From: Neolecta irregularis DAH-3
Lineage: Eukaryota
DNA length: 39,095 nucleotides
Direction of reading: 5' to 3'
Assembly (NCBI GenBank): GCA_001929475.1
Contig: LXFE01000695.1
Location: forward strand, 1 to 39,095
Every line of letters starts with the position of its first letter. Within the stretch, counting starts at the first letter, position 1. This document shows, piece after piece, positions 11,745 through 24,621 of this stretch. Position numbers and translations under genes: made by a program. Under the pieces are notes generated by a model. That model saw only the letters and a program-made list of their open reading frames with translations. It searched no databases and was not told the origin of the DNA.

Positions 11745-12820
11745 TCAATAATAATCAGCCATCAAGACATCACTATGCAACCCTTTGGTACCAGGAGCAC
11801 TAATAGTAAGACCAAAGAGAGGGAGTAGGCGCATACTCGACTCCATAAAGTCCGTTTTGGTAGCTTTTGGGTGCTTGGGATGGAAGTTCTTTTGACTGAA
11901 CAGGCTTCGGTGCTTCTATTGGCTTGGGCGGACAGTTTGCAATCTTCACACGGAGTGTTTGCCCTGTGACGTCAGCATCGGCGAGGCCGAGGAAATGTAT
12001 ACCATCAGCGAGGACACCATCGAGATCCTTCACAGCAGTGGTAGCCGACGCATGATCTGCAAATATTACTTCACTTGAGACATTGTTCCCGGCCGAAGAA
12101 ACATGGCATTTTTGCACTTCTCCATAACGAGACATGAGAGACTACTAGTTAGAGATAATATACCCAAAGACATGCCCTGATATCGGGAGCAATGGTTCCC
12201 GCCGCAAGATTTTGGATGATGACGACAGTAGAACCTGATGTACCCTTAATACTCAGTTCACCATGACTGGCACTGCCTTTGATGGAAAAGTGGTTGTTGC
12301 TATTAGGCATTCTCAGGGGAGCTTTCTGGGGTTTCGAGACCCGGTTCACTTTGTTTAATCGAGCAATAATATCCCTACCGGTAATTTCATTATTCCTATT
12401 ACTCTTAACAGGCTTGGTCCCCTTCCCCAAATCTATGCGATTAAAGAGCGAATTTTCGTCGTAATCCCTGCTCTCTCTTTGCGCTGACAGTGGATTCCGT
12501 CTCAATTTGACTGAACCGATTCTTTGGAAAAGATCCTTGGAAGTACTTTCGCCGAATTTATCATGTTTCCAGGAGCCGTCAATGTTGGCTGTATCGGATC
12601 GCTGAAACATTCAGATATAATTCAAGTAGCAATGAGGCTACAGAATATTGATAAGGCCCTCCAGATCTCGGCTGACGGCCTTGATTTTGTCTTTGCGGAC
12701 CGCGGCTGCTGACTGGTTGAACGTTCTTTCTTTCTGTAAGATCAGCATAGAAGGAATACATATGCACATACTTTCAGGAGTAAGCTCGTCTAGCGAAGCA
12801 TCGATATTCATGGAGGACAT
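11745..12820 (-). CDS. RRM-containing RNA-binding protein (Yra1/ALYREF/POLDIP3-like)
   Basis: N-terminal MNIDASLDEL, WKHDKF motif, and C-terminal RRM (VIIQNLAAGT..DIR|SLMSRYG..EVIF..AVKDLDGVLADGQTLRV). Five short introns, one of them GC-AG (12142-12175). Spliced end GLHSDVLMADYY*. Confidence 0.7.
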
Positions 12821-13168
12821 ATCGAAATTTGGTAGGATGAGTTGCGGTTGAGGATACATTCAGGGCACGGGATCCAATTCCAAATCATCACAAAGTGAGA
12901 GCTTCTCCATTACCTTTAGGATTCAAGGCTGTCAAAGTGTATTCGCTGAACTATGGACAAGAAAATTAGGGAAAAGGATACATCGAAGAAAGATAACAAA
13001 ATGCTAAATCAACGATTACTAAATGAGCGGCAATCCCAGTAGCCTCGTAAGATATGCGTTAATCATAATGATGAGGACATGAAAAGAACATCCAGGCATT
13101 AGCTTAGCAGTACATTTCGTCAGCCCCGAATCCAAAATAAATGAAATGCCCTTGCCCATGTTGTCTAT

Positions 13169-16100
13169 CTAATTTTTGTCGGCTGCTGTAGCAGTCAGCG
13201 AAGATTCACCCAATGTAGATCCTTTAGGAAGTAAATTCAACCTTGGACGCTCACGATGTGGTTCTGTGGAACTTTCTGCTACAGCCTGCGAAGTGGTTAA
13301 ATCTTCAGTTTCGTGATTTTCTGCACCTGCAGCCGTCGAGTCACCTATATCCATATTCAGAAGACTTCATATCAGACAATGATTAAGCATGGAGCAAATA
13401 CTCAAACTGATTTACGGACTGAGCTGTGTGCGAGGCCTTTCGGATTACAGGGGTGCCACTTCTTGAAATAGAAGGTACTTCATCATCTTGAAACCTTGCT
13501 GGGTGCGACTTCTTTGTACCGTTCCCACTTGCACTTCGTAATGATGAAAATGCACCGCCAGGGCCCAGACCACTGGTCTGACTATTCGTCCTCATCATTC
13601 CAAGTCGACTTAGATCGCCAGCAAGAGCTTGCCGATTGGGGGTCTTAACAGTACTCCATCCATCTCCTCTTGTGCCTCCAGGGTTTGGAACACCGCCATA
13701 GCCCAAATTCCGATTCTGACCACGAGAATCACCCCTTCCGGCGTCTGAACGACGTGACTGCGCAGCCGATTTAGCAGCGGCTTCTTGCTGAGCCTTGGCA
13801 GCCTTTAGAGATTAAATTACGCAAAGACAGCAAGATTTACATCGGCATGAATCTCTGCAATAGTTTTCGGGCCAGCTTCTGCGGCCTTATCAAGCCATCC
13901 CTTCTTCCGAAGATCAATCAAATCCTGTAAAATATTAAAAATATCGCAAGAAAATAATGTACCATAACCATAAACTTCATACGAGATGGAATCTTACTTT
14001 CGAGAAGTTGTCCAAGTCGTTCAAAATAGGCAGTCATCCTGTGAGCCCCCTTATCCTTATCGAGCATCCCACCAACAGTAGTAAGCAATTTGCATAAACT
14101 CTCAACTTCTTCCTCCTCCGGGTCTGTGACATTTTGCAGCAATTTTGTCACGCACTCGTGCATAATTTTCTCGACTAACATACTTCGCTTGTATAGCTCA
14201 CCGATAAATTTGATAAGACCGAGACCACGCCGTTTGGCGGCTGCAGCAACATAGTATTCTTCGGAAAGCAATTCGGCTTCCTGAGGATTGGTAACTCCCT
14301 CTAGCTTGGGCGTAACATTCCAACCTCGTTCAAAATCTTCCTGACACCGATTGAGAAGGTATTTCCGGAATAAAAGACCGCCGCTGAGAGGCTGACCACT
14401 CTTTCCAAGAACTTTCTCATCCTTGATGTCGGAATTCATTTGATCCATCATATGTCGAGCAGAATCAGCATAAACACTAGAGAAATTGGGTTCATCGGTT
14501 GCTTTCTCAAATGTAAGTTGGATGACTTGTCGCAAGGTTTGGCCATCAGTTTCTCGTTTTGATTGAGAAGCAATATCCAGAATTTGTGCGGTGATTTTCT
14601 CTTCGTTATTTGGTGTAATCTTGTTGAGCAAAGCTTTAACTTTTCTCTGTACCGTATCAGGTGTCATCAATGGATCCTCGTTCCCTAAGGCAGGTCCAGC
14701 TTCAGCAGATATCTCCGCAAGAGCACGAGGCTTCCATCTAGACGCTGAAGCTTCGAGAGGCTTAATTTGATCGATTGGGATAGTGAGGCCCTTCTCCATA
14801 TCAGACTTTTCATGTCTACTTTTGCTCTCGGAGGTGCCACCGCGTCGAGATCCTCCCCCGCGGGTGGATTTCGCGCGAGGACTACCAGGAACCGCACCAA
14901 TCGATGTGGAGACACCAGAAGCAGAAGCGGAGCGGCCAGATCCTAAGGGTCCTAGGCTGGGTTTGAAATGGGCGCCCATAACCGGGAAAGCACCCACCGG
15001 TTGGCTTCCAGTTGCATTTGCTCCTCGACTTTGAGATCCGCCTTGTTTACTGGACAGTTCAAATCGTTGCTGCGAAGTCAACGTGGAAGCAGCAGGTCCG
15101 AGGCTAGTGAGTCCCAGTGATCCCATTGGTGGTGCACCACTAACTCGCGAAGCAGTTCGACCTCCGGTGCTTCGAGTGCTAGTAGGCCGAGATTCTCCGG
15201 ACAAATCACCGATAGTATCTCTTATCCTATCGTCCCAATCGAACATGGGCTTGTCTGTATAAGCAGCTTGGAACTGAAGCAAGAAATCTTTATCGTATAC
15301 AATACGGCCGGAGGGCGCATTCATATTGAGAGCAGGATTAGGAGATCTGAACCCCTCGGGGTACGAAACTTTTGTGATATCATTGATAAACTTGGAAGTT
15401 CGTAGAGCGGTGAGGGGAGCGGATGGTAATGGTTCGTTAATTTGTTTGGTGAGACTAAGGTTAAGCGATGACGGAATCTTTTTGTCCTTTTTCAACGGAG
15501 GAGGCATCGTTATGGCGTCTAATTCGCTTGAGGTGAACACCATTTCTGGAAGGGTAAGAGATCTCTTGGAATCGTCGACCTTTGCTTCTCGTTCATTCGT
15601 TAGGCGATTCTCCTCTTCTTGGGCCGTCTTTTCTTCCTCGGATTTTCTTATATCTTTGGCCAATCTGGCAGCGTTGGCTTCTTCCGCTTGACGCTTTTCC
15701 TCGGCAACTAGAGCAGCTTCTTCTTCCTCAAGTTTCTGTTTCGCAATTCGAGCAGCTTCCTCACGCATGCGTTGAGCTTCAGCGTCAGCAGCTTTTCTCT
15801 TTTCGGCTTCCTCCTCTTTTGCCTTTTCAGCCGCCTCTTGATCAATCTTGGTTTTTCTTTCCAGATCTTCTTTCTCCTTCGCAAGGCGTTCGCGTTCGGC
15901 CTTAGACTTTTCTTCGGCTTCAACTTTCTCGCGTGCTTCGCGCTCCTCGCGTTCTTTGACTTCGTGGATCTGTTTTATGAAAGTGGCTTTCTTAACTTCC
16001 GCTTTAGCTTTAGCATCGTCTTCTTCAACAGAATCTTTTTGAGAACCTGGGTGTTCACTCTCGTTTGCAATAGAGGGGGAATCAGTTTTCGTACGTAATG

Positions 16101-17390
16101 AAGAGACTTTCTTGGAAGGAACAATTTTTGCCACCACTTCTGATTTTGTATCTGGATTAATAATTTTTATCGCAGATGTTTTCTTAGTTGGAAGCTGGAA
16201 TTCAGTTGCCTTTGGAGTTGATGGAACAACAGAAGTAGCACTGGCAGAATGGCGATGGCTTTGGGCATCTGAAATAGTTGAGGCTGATCGACTCATTGGA
16301 GGAGGGCCGAATGAGGGCCCCACGGGACTGACATATGCCGGGCTGGAAGAGGCTGTGTAAGCATTGTTGGGTCGGGGACTTGCTGGCGTAAATCCGTGGC
16401 TGGACACTCCCATAGGACCTGCGTAATAAGGATAGTTAGGGTCCATCATGGGTGGATAGCCAGGCTATATAATTAGATGAAAGTTATAGGAGAATGACGC
16501 ACGTATGTAGGAACCATATAGGTAGGAGTCTGCAATGGACTTCCCATAGGCATTTGTGCATGAGGTTGAGCGTGAGTTGTAAGTGGGCTCGGGAGAAGAT
16601 TAGAAGCTCGAGGACTTGGCCTTGTTCGACTTCCCGGTTGGTTGAAGGGCATGGCGGGGCTCGGATTGTTGAATCCTCGCTGAGAAACCATAGGAGAACG
16701 GAAGTTTGAATTCTGGTATCCGCCCGGATATCCGTTGTACTGACCATGCTGAAACTGCTGCCCATGAGCAAAGTGGGGTTGCGCATATGCCTGTTGTGGA
16801 GTGCGTCGCGGAGACTGTGCGATCTCAGACATATGGTTCTGGTGATGAGCATGTTCTGCAGAGGCAGAGTGCGTTGAATGCACAGAATCGCGGCGGACCC
16901 GCGCAGGAAGAGAAGTCTGGCCGGAGATCGGAATGGAACCGTTGTGTGATTGAGAACTCAAGACATTAGAAACCTGCTAGAAGGCTTAGCCGCAGCAAAG
17001 ATCGGCCGGCAGTACTTCTTTGTGCGAAACGGGAGCGGGAGGGGTAGCAGTACTTGCGGGTACTTGCGCAGACTCATCTCGAATTCCTGCGCTATTAGGC
17101 ATTTCTGCTCGCTTTTCTACAGCCGGCTGTTTCAGAGGTACTGGGGTGGGACCGTTCGTCAAGGTCACTGGCTGTACAGGAGCAATCGGATGACCGTTAG
17201 TCTTTGTTGGTTGCTGTTTCACTGGAGCGCTGGACGCGACACTTGCAGAGCGGCCATATGTTGCTGGTATCTGGGGAACGGCAGGCTTGGGAGTCTGAGG
17301 CACTTGTGTAGGTGGCGGATGGGAAGAAATTTGCTGGGGAGGCGGCTTGGGGGCAGAAGCAATTTTAGACCACGACTGTTGCTGCATCAT
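13169..17390 (-). CDS. eIF4G: Eukaryotic translation initiation factor 4G
   Basis: eIF4E-binding motif YDKDFLL (YxxxxL-phi); MIF4G domain (VQRKVKALLNKIT..FEKATDEPNFS..FRKYLLNRCQEDFE..KRRGLGLIKFIGEL..EEEVESLCKLLTTVG); Pro/Gln-rich N-terminus; five coding introns. Confidence 0.93.
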
Positions 17391-17711
17391 CTGCGAAAAA
17401 ATCCGCCGAGATCCTTCGCGTATGGGACAAAGGATGAGTGGAAGAAACGACTCACCTACAGAGTGGCAAACAAGCACGGGGGTGGGAGGGAGGGTGCCTG
17501 CAGAAAAGGGCAGGCTCGCTGGTGGAGGGAAGAAATTACCAAGCTCGCCTGGTGGTGGTCAGTTGGTGACGCCGCTGATTTTACTGCAATCCGCAGGTCA
17601 GGGATTTCTATTCACATAGATATTTGCAAGGCGCAAGGATGGAAATAACGCGCTATTCTATACTGCCTACCTCTACAACCATTATCTGTCATATCACTTG
17701 CAATCCTGCGT

Positions 17712-19500
17712 TTAGTGGCAATAGAAATTTTCCTAGGATCCATGAGCTCTCTCTTACACAGACTAAAGATCTTATACCTCCGGTATACGTCCCCGCAAGT
17801 AAGGTGGTTCGGATCCAGGCCTGCCTATATCAGAATCATGGAATACGGAATAACTCGTACACGTAGACATCTTTGAACAGAGTCTTTGGATCTGCTGCCG
17901 GATCTGGCGATTTCTCTGCTTCCTTAGTTTCAGCCTCTACACGAGCCCGAGCTTCCTTATCAACTTCCTATTGGCTAATGAGATCAAGCTAGAGGTCGAT
18001 TTGTACTTTCAACTGGAATTCACTCAAGACATTCCATTCCAAGATTTTTGCTTTGAGTCCTGCAATAGCATCATTTGTTGACCGCATATATTGGATTTCC
18101 TCTCGAGTTCGATACTGCATAATCAGCTGATAGTCGAAGCTCAAACAAACCGTCACACCAGGGTCAGACATGCTGTGACCACCTTGATGGTCTAGTCATG
18201 TTTCACGTGAAGATCGCATACCATATCTATAAGTCTCAAATTCAAGGACCAGAGGTCCCTTCCCGCTTGTTGTCCATTCTTTGGCAAAACCACTAGCATG
18301 TTTGACCGCAAGAACATCCATTCCATTGACTTTAATACCAGGAATATACTGCCCTCTTTTATAGTACTCCGTCAGAGCACTGCTTCTCTCAGCCGAAGTT
18401 CCCTAACATCGTTAATGTTGCTCTCTCGGCTCCTCTACCATGCCGTATTTGTTGTTCTCGCAGGCAAAAACGCAAGGTAGATCCCAGAGTTTGGCCATAT
18501 TAAACGCCTCGAAAACTTGTCCTTGATTTGAAGCTCCGTCGCCATATAGCGTGAAGGCACAGTTGTCACGTCCCATATATTTGAGTGCAAATGCTAGACC
18601 AGCACCCACAGGAACCTGGGCACCAACAATACCATTTCCTCCAAAGAATCCTTTCGTAAACATATGCATTGAACCGCCTGGACCGGTAAGTGCCTGTGCA
18701 TATATCGTGTGGAACCTTTTCCATGCGCAATGCCGTCTTGGCGTCCTAGCAATTCGGCCAATATGGATTTAACCGAGCCTCCTCGCATAAGGGTGAATCC
18801 TAATGATAAGAGCAATCTAGAAAGGGGACATGCCATGACAACGATAAGCTGTGATAACCTGATCATCAGTTAGCAAACAACCTCCATCTCGGAATATCTT
18901 GCCATGTCCTCTATTTTGAGTCAGCAAACAGTAACGAGCTTGAAGAAATCATGCCCTTGGTAATAGCTTTCTCAATACCGACAGCGATAGCTTCCTGTCC
19001 AGTTGATAGGTGACTTGTCGCTGATTAGTAGATTTATTTAGGACCTGTCATTCATACCAGCTAAATGTGGTCAGCGATAAATACCATGGACCAAAGAAAG
19101 GGAACTATACAATCCTCGAATTTTCTTTGCTTTGTATAAAGCATCTGCAGCCATCTCTAATCGTCGAATAGTGACCATATCGGTATACCTATAAAATAAG
19201 AAACTGCTGGTGAAGGATGCATACATGGCAATTAATTCCTTCTTCGTGACATCCACCTCCAATTTCGGGCCATCCAATTTATAGAATTCGAAGCTGTCCG
19301 AAGGAAGGGTTACTTTAAAATGCTCATCGTCTTTTTTGGGCTTTTTTTTGACATCTGCCTGGGATGAGGCCGCGTCTATTGTAACTGTTCTTAGAAACTG
19401 CACCTGGTCACTTCTCGTTTTTTAAAAACCTTCGTACAGGGAGAGTTTTGTGAATTCTATTCGAAAAGAGGGATAAGCGGGCGAAGGGACGGGGCAGCAT
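17712..19500 (-). CDS. PDA1: Pyruvate dehydrogenase E1 alpha subunit, mitochondrial (about 14 introns, micro-exons)
   Basis: [91 protein letters not shown], all reconstructed across short introns. Confidence 0.95.
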
Positions 19501-19905
19501 AGTAGCAGACCTTGTCAGCAACTTTTGGTGGTTGTAACTACAATTTTTGGGGAGCCATAAGCCCGCATATTTTTCCTACTCTCAATAATTATTTACTCAG
19601 AACAATCATACTACGTTCAGGCAATAAATATTTTGGTAGTAGTCTAATCTTATCAGCAAGGTAGTAACGGGTCGGAGTTACGGAAAAGGGTTTCAACTGG
19701 CCATTTGATCGCTTGTACTTTTCTTAAATCCCGCAGTATTGTCTTGAGCAGTCTACTATTTTCCCGTTATTACTCTGTATATTGTCTTTTAGTTCAACAT
19801 AGTGTACATAAATGTGATACCTCTGTAGAGTCGCAGTTGCATGTTGCGAGTTGCGTCTACGGCAAAAACAAATTGCCTCACCCATCCTATTTTCAAAACA
19901 CTTCC

Positions 19906-21145
19906 ATGATATTTAGATTTGGGGTTTCCTCTATTTCCCGTCCATCCCGGGGTCTCCTCTCACTCCAACGACGATCTTTTTCCATTCAACCACCTGCGCG
20001 ATCGACATATTATCGAATTCCGCGCAGGCCGCAGTCCTCCCGAATCGAGAATTCCCCTCGGCGCTCCATATCATGGCGGAACCGTATTTCCACATTTCTG
20101 ATAGGAGGCGCGACTGTCATGGGCGGCAGTAGTATGCGCATTTGTAAAAATCTCTTTTTGAAATTTAGTTTATTTCGTCTCTCACCTCGAGACCGTCCCT
20201 ATGACTGGCCGCTGTCGGTTTATCGATATGTCACCAGAGGAGGAGCAAGAGCTATCCAAAGTTGCCTACCGGGAAATTATGACTAGATACCGAAACCAGA
20301 TATTGCCTGGGAACCACCCAACATCCAGGTTCGTGAGCAATGTAGCTCAGAGAATTATCAAAGTCTCTGGGTTAGAAGGCCTGAGATGGGAGATTCATGT
20401 CATCGATAGTCCCGAGAAGAATGCATTCATACTTCCAGGTGGAAAAGTGTTTGTCTTCACGGTATGTTGAATAAGAACCGGACCATGCTGATTTTCACTA
20501 GGGGATCCTACCCCTTGCACAGAATAAGGTACCATATATATTCCGGATCTTGTACTTATGCTTATAGGATGGCCTTGCAAGCGTCCTTGCACATGGTGAG
20601 CCTTTTTTATATGATTTATTCCATTAACCCCAATGATAGAGGTTGGCCATCAAGTTGCGCGACATATTGCAGAACAAAACAGTTTTGGGAAAATCATTAT
20701 GCTGGTTAGGTTGCTTTTGACTTTTACTTTCGGCGATTCTTTAGGTATTGGTGGGCTTGTTACAGAGTTTGGGTTGGCTATGCCATATTCTCGAAAATAT
20801 GAATCTGAAGGTATCTCCATGAATATCTGGAATCTAACTGTTCAGCCGATTATATTGGTCTGCTATTGATGAGTCAAGCTTGCTTTGATCCTGGTGAAGC
20901 AAAACTCTTCTGGCAGAGAATGGCTAAAGCTGAGACGTCTTCAATGCCACAATTTGTCAGTACACATCCTACCCCAAAGAATCGATCGAAAAACATTGAG
21001 AAGTGGCTTCCAGAGGTATATTCCCCTACGTAAGACGCACTGGATATCTTAGGCATATGAAAACCGAGCTTCCAGTGACTGCGAATCTCACCTTGGGGGA
21101 ATTTACGATCAGTTTGTTCGACATACTAATTATGCAAGTTACTAG
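19906..21145 (+). CDS. OMA1: Mitochondrial inner-membrane M48 metallopeptidase
   Basis: VPMTGRCRF, WEIHVIDSPEKNAFILPGGKVFVFT|GILP, LASVLAH|EVGHQVARH (HEXXH), PYSRKYESEAD, FVSTHP. Six introns. Arg/Ser-rich presequence. Confidence 0.9.
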
Positions 21146-22074
21146 TGTGGTATTTCACATTTTTCACATACAGTATGGCTAGTGAGCATTGCATTGCGCA
21201 CCTATTCCGATAATAGATTTCTTAGGAGGTCCAAAATCCAGGTCAAGAAGTGGCGTGCAAACCTGCATGACTTGTAAATAGTCTGTACCTCCTATCCATT
21301 TTCCCTAGTTGGTCGTCTTTCCTTATTCTAAATCTCAAATCTCTTCAAGTCACGCTAATTGCAGAACTTGTCACATATGGTTGTTAGCAACAGGAAGCTG
21401 AAGTCTTGGACAGTTGAGTGAGAACAATGCTCTGAACTCAATACCTTTTCCTTAACAAAAGAGTTCCCAGCCTCAAGATTATGTTGACAATACCGAAATA
21501 CCGAGGGCCTCGAGCTTGTTGACTACCAAAACCAACTCATTATTCAATTTGGATTCATCTCATGACATCAGTATCAACTACAGGTATCAATATCTGATAT
21601 CAAGAAACAATTCCATATATCTTCTACAAAGGACTATCCTCAAAGGACCCAAATCTTTTTTTGGATATGTCCCGTGCACTAAGACATGTCAGCATTCCCA
21701 CCCAGCTCTTAGCAATATCATGCAAACTCCGCAATTACAATCTTCCATAGCTACGTATTATCCATTCACATAAGGCATGATGTAACAAATGGAGATTCCT
21801 TTTCATTATGTAAGTTGTAATGAAGCGGCCGACCCTTGTGCTTTAAAATATTACTGATTCGGACCACCTTGAAAGACTGGTGCCGTCAAAATTTGGGAAA
21901 GAGCATTGCTATCAATCTCGCTCTTGTTCTGTGACAGAATCTCTTTGAACATTATGACAAATCGACGGAATCTCTCGAGATCTAAACAACTGGAAGACTA
22001 AAGTACATTAGCAATGTTACAAATGCATGACACAACGCTCAAAACAAAGACATGTATACGGAGAGTAAGTGGAC

Positions 22075-23191
22075 TCAAACTGCACTTTGTTGTTCCAGTT
22101 GCTGCTTCTTCCTCGCAAGATACCGCTCCCGCGCGCTCAGAACTTCGCTCTCAGTTTTCGTTCTTTTTATCCTCTCTTCTAGTTCCTGCTGTTTGAGTAC
22201 CTCTTCCTCTCGGTCTCTTTTCATGTTCTGGGCCAGCTGCTCCTCTACCATCCGACTCTGTCGAGTTCGGCTTTCTTTGTTGTTATACCGATTTGACTGG
22301 TAAATTTTTCGAGCTTCTCGGGTAGATGTCTCGGTCGTGGCAAGATGGGATGATGAACATTCGCCAGTATTTAAACCAGCCGCTAGGAGTTGACGCTTAT
22401 CAACGATCTTCCCTTCATCATTGAGAACCACGTTTGTGCCTAGTTTCTGAGTAGCTTCATTTGCTTTTTCAATATCGGATTTTTCAGTCGTCTCCTTTCT
22501 GAGAGGCCCAATTAGATTTTGTTTGTTGGATGCGGCCTCGACTGCTAGTTCGTGGTTCTGTTCGTTCCGATCGAGAATGTTTCTGTAAAACGTTGCCATT
22601 CCCCTCGATTTACTTCGTAGAGCAGCTTTATCATGAATGACCATAATTAGAACAAGGAGATACCTTCTCGAGCCTCTTCTTCGGCCTCGAGTTTCTTGAG
22701 TTCTTGTTGTTGTTGTATGTATGCGGTAGTGACGAATTTTTCCTTGTCTTTGTACATCTCCCCTTCTGCTTCCCGTTCTCGTTGCAGCATTTTCTCTTGT
22801 GCCATCAGGAAATCACGTTTACGTACCTCTGCGGCCGCAAGCAAATTCTCCATATATTTTGGCTGAGTCGTTAGTTTCAGCTCTACTAAACTGGATCCAC
22901 CTTCCGTTCCTTCCTCTCGATCTCCTCTGCTGCTCTCTTCTTTTGCTCTCCTACCTTCATGTTATCGAAAACCTCGTCATATTCGTATGTCGAGGGATCG
23001 ACCTCTTCTACGGGATGCGCAGATATATTGTCTGAAAACTTCAATTGTCGATTCACTTCTTGTTTCGGATCGGGTAGAGCCTCTTCATCATCAGTATCAA
23101 ACCGAATGCGAGATCGAGAGCTCTTCTCTAGTTGTTTCTTTTTTATATTGAGGCCATACTGAAATTGTGACTTTATTGGCTGGTTTGACAT
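22075..23191 (-). CDS. Nuclear speckle splicing regulatory protein 1 / CCDC55 (DUF2040) homolog
   Basis: FQYGLNI, YEYDEVFDNMK, PKYMENLLAAAEVRKRD, EREAEGEMYKDKEKFVTTAY, SARERYLARK. Two introns. Confidence 0.85.
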
Positions 23192-23327
23192 TAGAGTTGG
23201 GGTCCAAGACTGTTTCGAATCAAAGGCGAGACTTCGAAGGAATCGTGTGTGCAAAAATATATAGTATAAATAATAATCTACTATATGCCAAGAGAAATTG
23301 AGAAGAATAGTTCTCTGTTCACGAGCG

Positions 23328-24524
23328 TTAGAATCTTGATCGCCTTTGTTGGATTCTCCATGCAGTAAACCCGGCATATCCGCCCACACATACTGCGAAG
23401 AAAAAGAATATCTTGACCAAAACCCATCCCCATGATCCGCTCTCGGATTTTTGTGAAGGAAACTTCCTACCTGGTCGCTTGGGTAAAGTGCCTGGTTTAG
23501 GAACACTATAAATATTTCGACTTGAAACAGCGATGATATCGTGATTATCTATAATCAACCAGGTTCGAAAATGAGGAAATACCGCTGACTTCGCCAGTTA
23601 AAGCCGTAAACCCAAGGTACGAGAGAGACGGAAGGGCGACATTCTTGATATTGAAACAAGAAGTCCATTCCCCTTCCTTTTGATATTGAAGTTCAAGTTC
23701 AAGGTAATTATCCTTGTAATAAGTCAATTTTGCTTTCGTAGGGATATTTGCTCCACGTATTCCACGAGCCTAGTGATGAGTCAAGAAATCCGGATTTAAT
23801 TCATACTGTACAACTCCCAATATCATTGGCCATTCCATCATGGGCATTATCATAGGAGGTCATTCCATCCCCCAACATCGCCGTTACGAGAGGGAATTGT
23901 CCAGGTCGAGCTTAATGATAAGCCTTGCTAGGAAGAGGGAAGTGCACAATTCTTGTAGGTATCGAAGAAAATTCCCAGTCCTTCGAATTTATCTATAAAT
24001 CCGAATACCGGGCCTTGAACAGCCCGTTCTTTAGTAATCCACATGGCAAATCCGTCTCCAGAAACTCCAGTGGAAGAACCAGAAATCTTGAATGTGACTT
24101 CGATCTGTTCAGTTAGTTAAAGTTTGAAAAGTCACAGTACCTCAAAGTTTGTTATTGAAAGCGGTAATCGAGAGAATAGCCACCCGGATTGGCCGGGACG
24201 ATCATGGGTCAATCGAATGTGCCTAAATGGGGGTTAATTTTCATGAAGGAGAGGCATCATTGTTCAGACTTATTTGTGTTTATCACAGTATCTCCACCAA
24301 AATCAAACCTGGAGCTTGAAAATCGCATAGTCGGAATTTGCGTACCATCGAGATTGGATGTCTTGATCCAAATAAGGGTGATAGAGCGAATGTGTACGTA
24401 ACATGACACTTTTGAAACCTGGAGCATCGGAAGTACCCCCAGCACCAGAAGCGCTAGGACCGTCGATTGCACAGACGGGTGCCAAAACCAGTAGGAAAGG
24501 CAGAATTTTTAACAATTGGTGCAT
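23328..24524 (-). CDS. L-type lectin cargo receptor (VIP36/ERGIC-53/Emp46-47 family), type I membrane protein
   Basis: Signal peptide, LRTHSLYHPYLD..FDFGGDT, GDGFAMWIT, GIFFDTYKN, YLGFTALTGEVS|DNHDI, C-terminal TM segment plus RRSRF tail. Six introns. Confidence 0.88.
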
Positions 24525-24621
24525 TGGAGTGCAAGATCGCAGGCTGCCTCGTCGCTCTTAAGTTTTCCCAGTCACGTTATAGTCGGGAACCCTATCCACC
24601 AAACCTAGCATTCAGTCAAGC

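Noticed and set aside
7539-17648. Numerous antisense ORFs (e.g. 7539-7988, 15326-15691, 16950-17648)
   Set aside because: These are shadows of real genes on the opposite strand with no recognisable motifs.
21660-21690. U4 snRNA-like 5' sequence on the minus strand (tcttagtgcacggga)
   Set aside because: The similarity is short, and I saw no following U4 stem-loop or correctly placed Sm site.
22886-23506. Long N-terminal extension of NSRP1 overlapping the lectin gene
   Set aside because: The ORF-track start is a non-ATG codon inside the lectin's last exon; the family-like sequence begins at the ATG at 23191.
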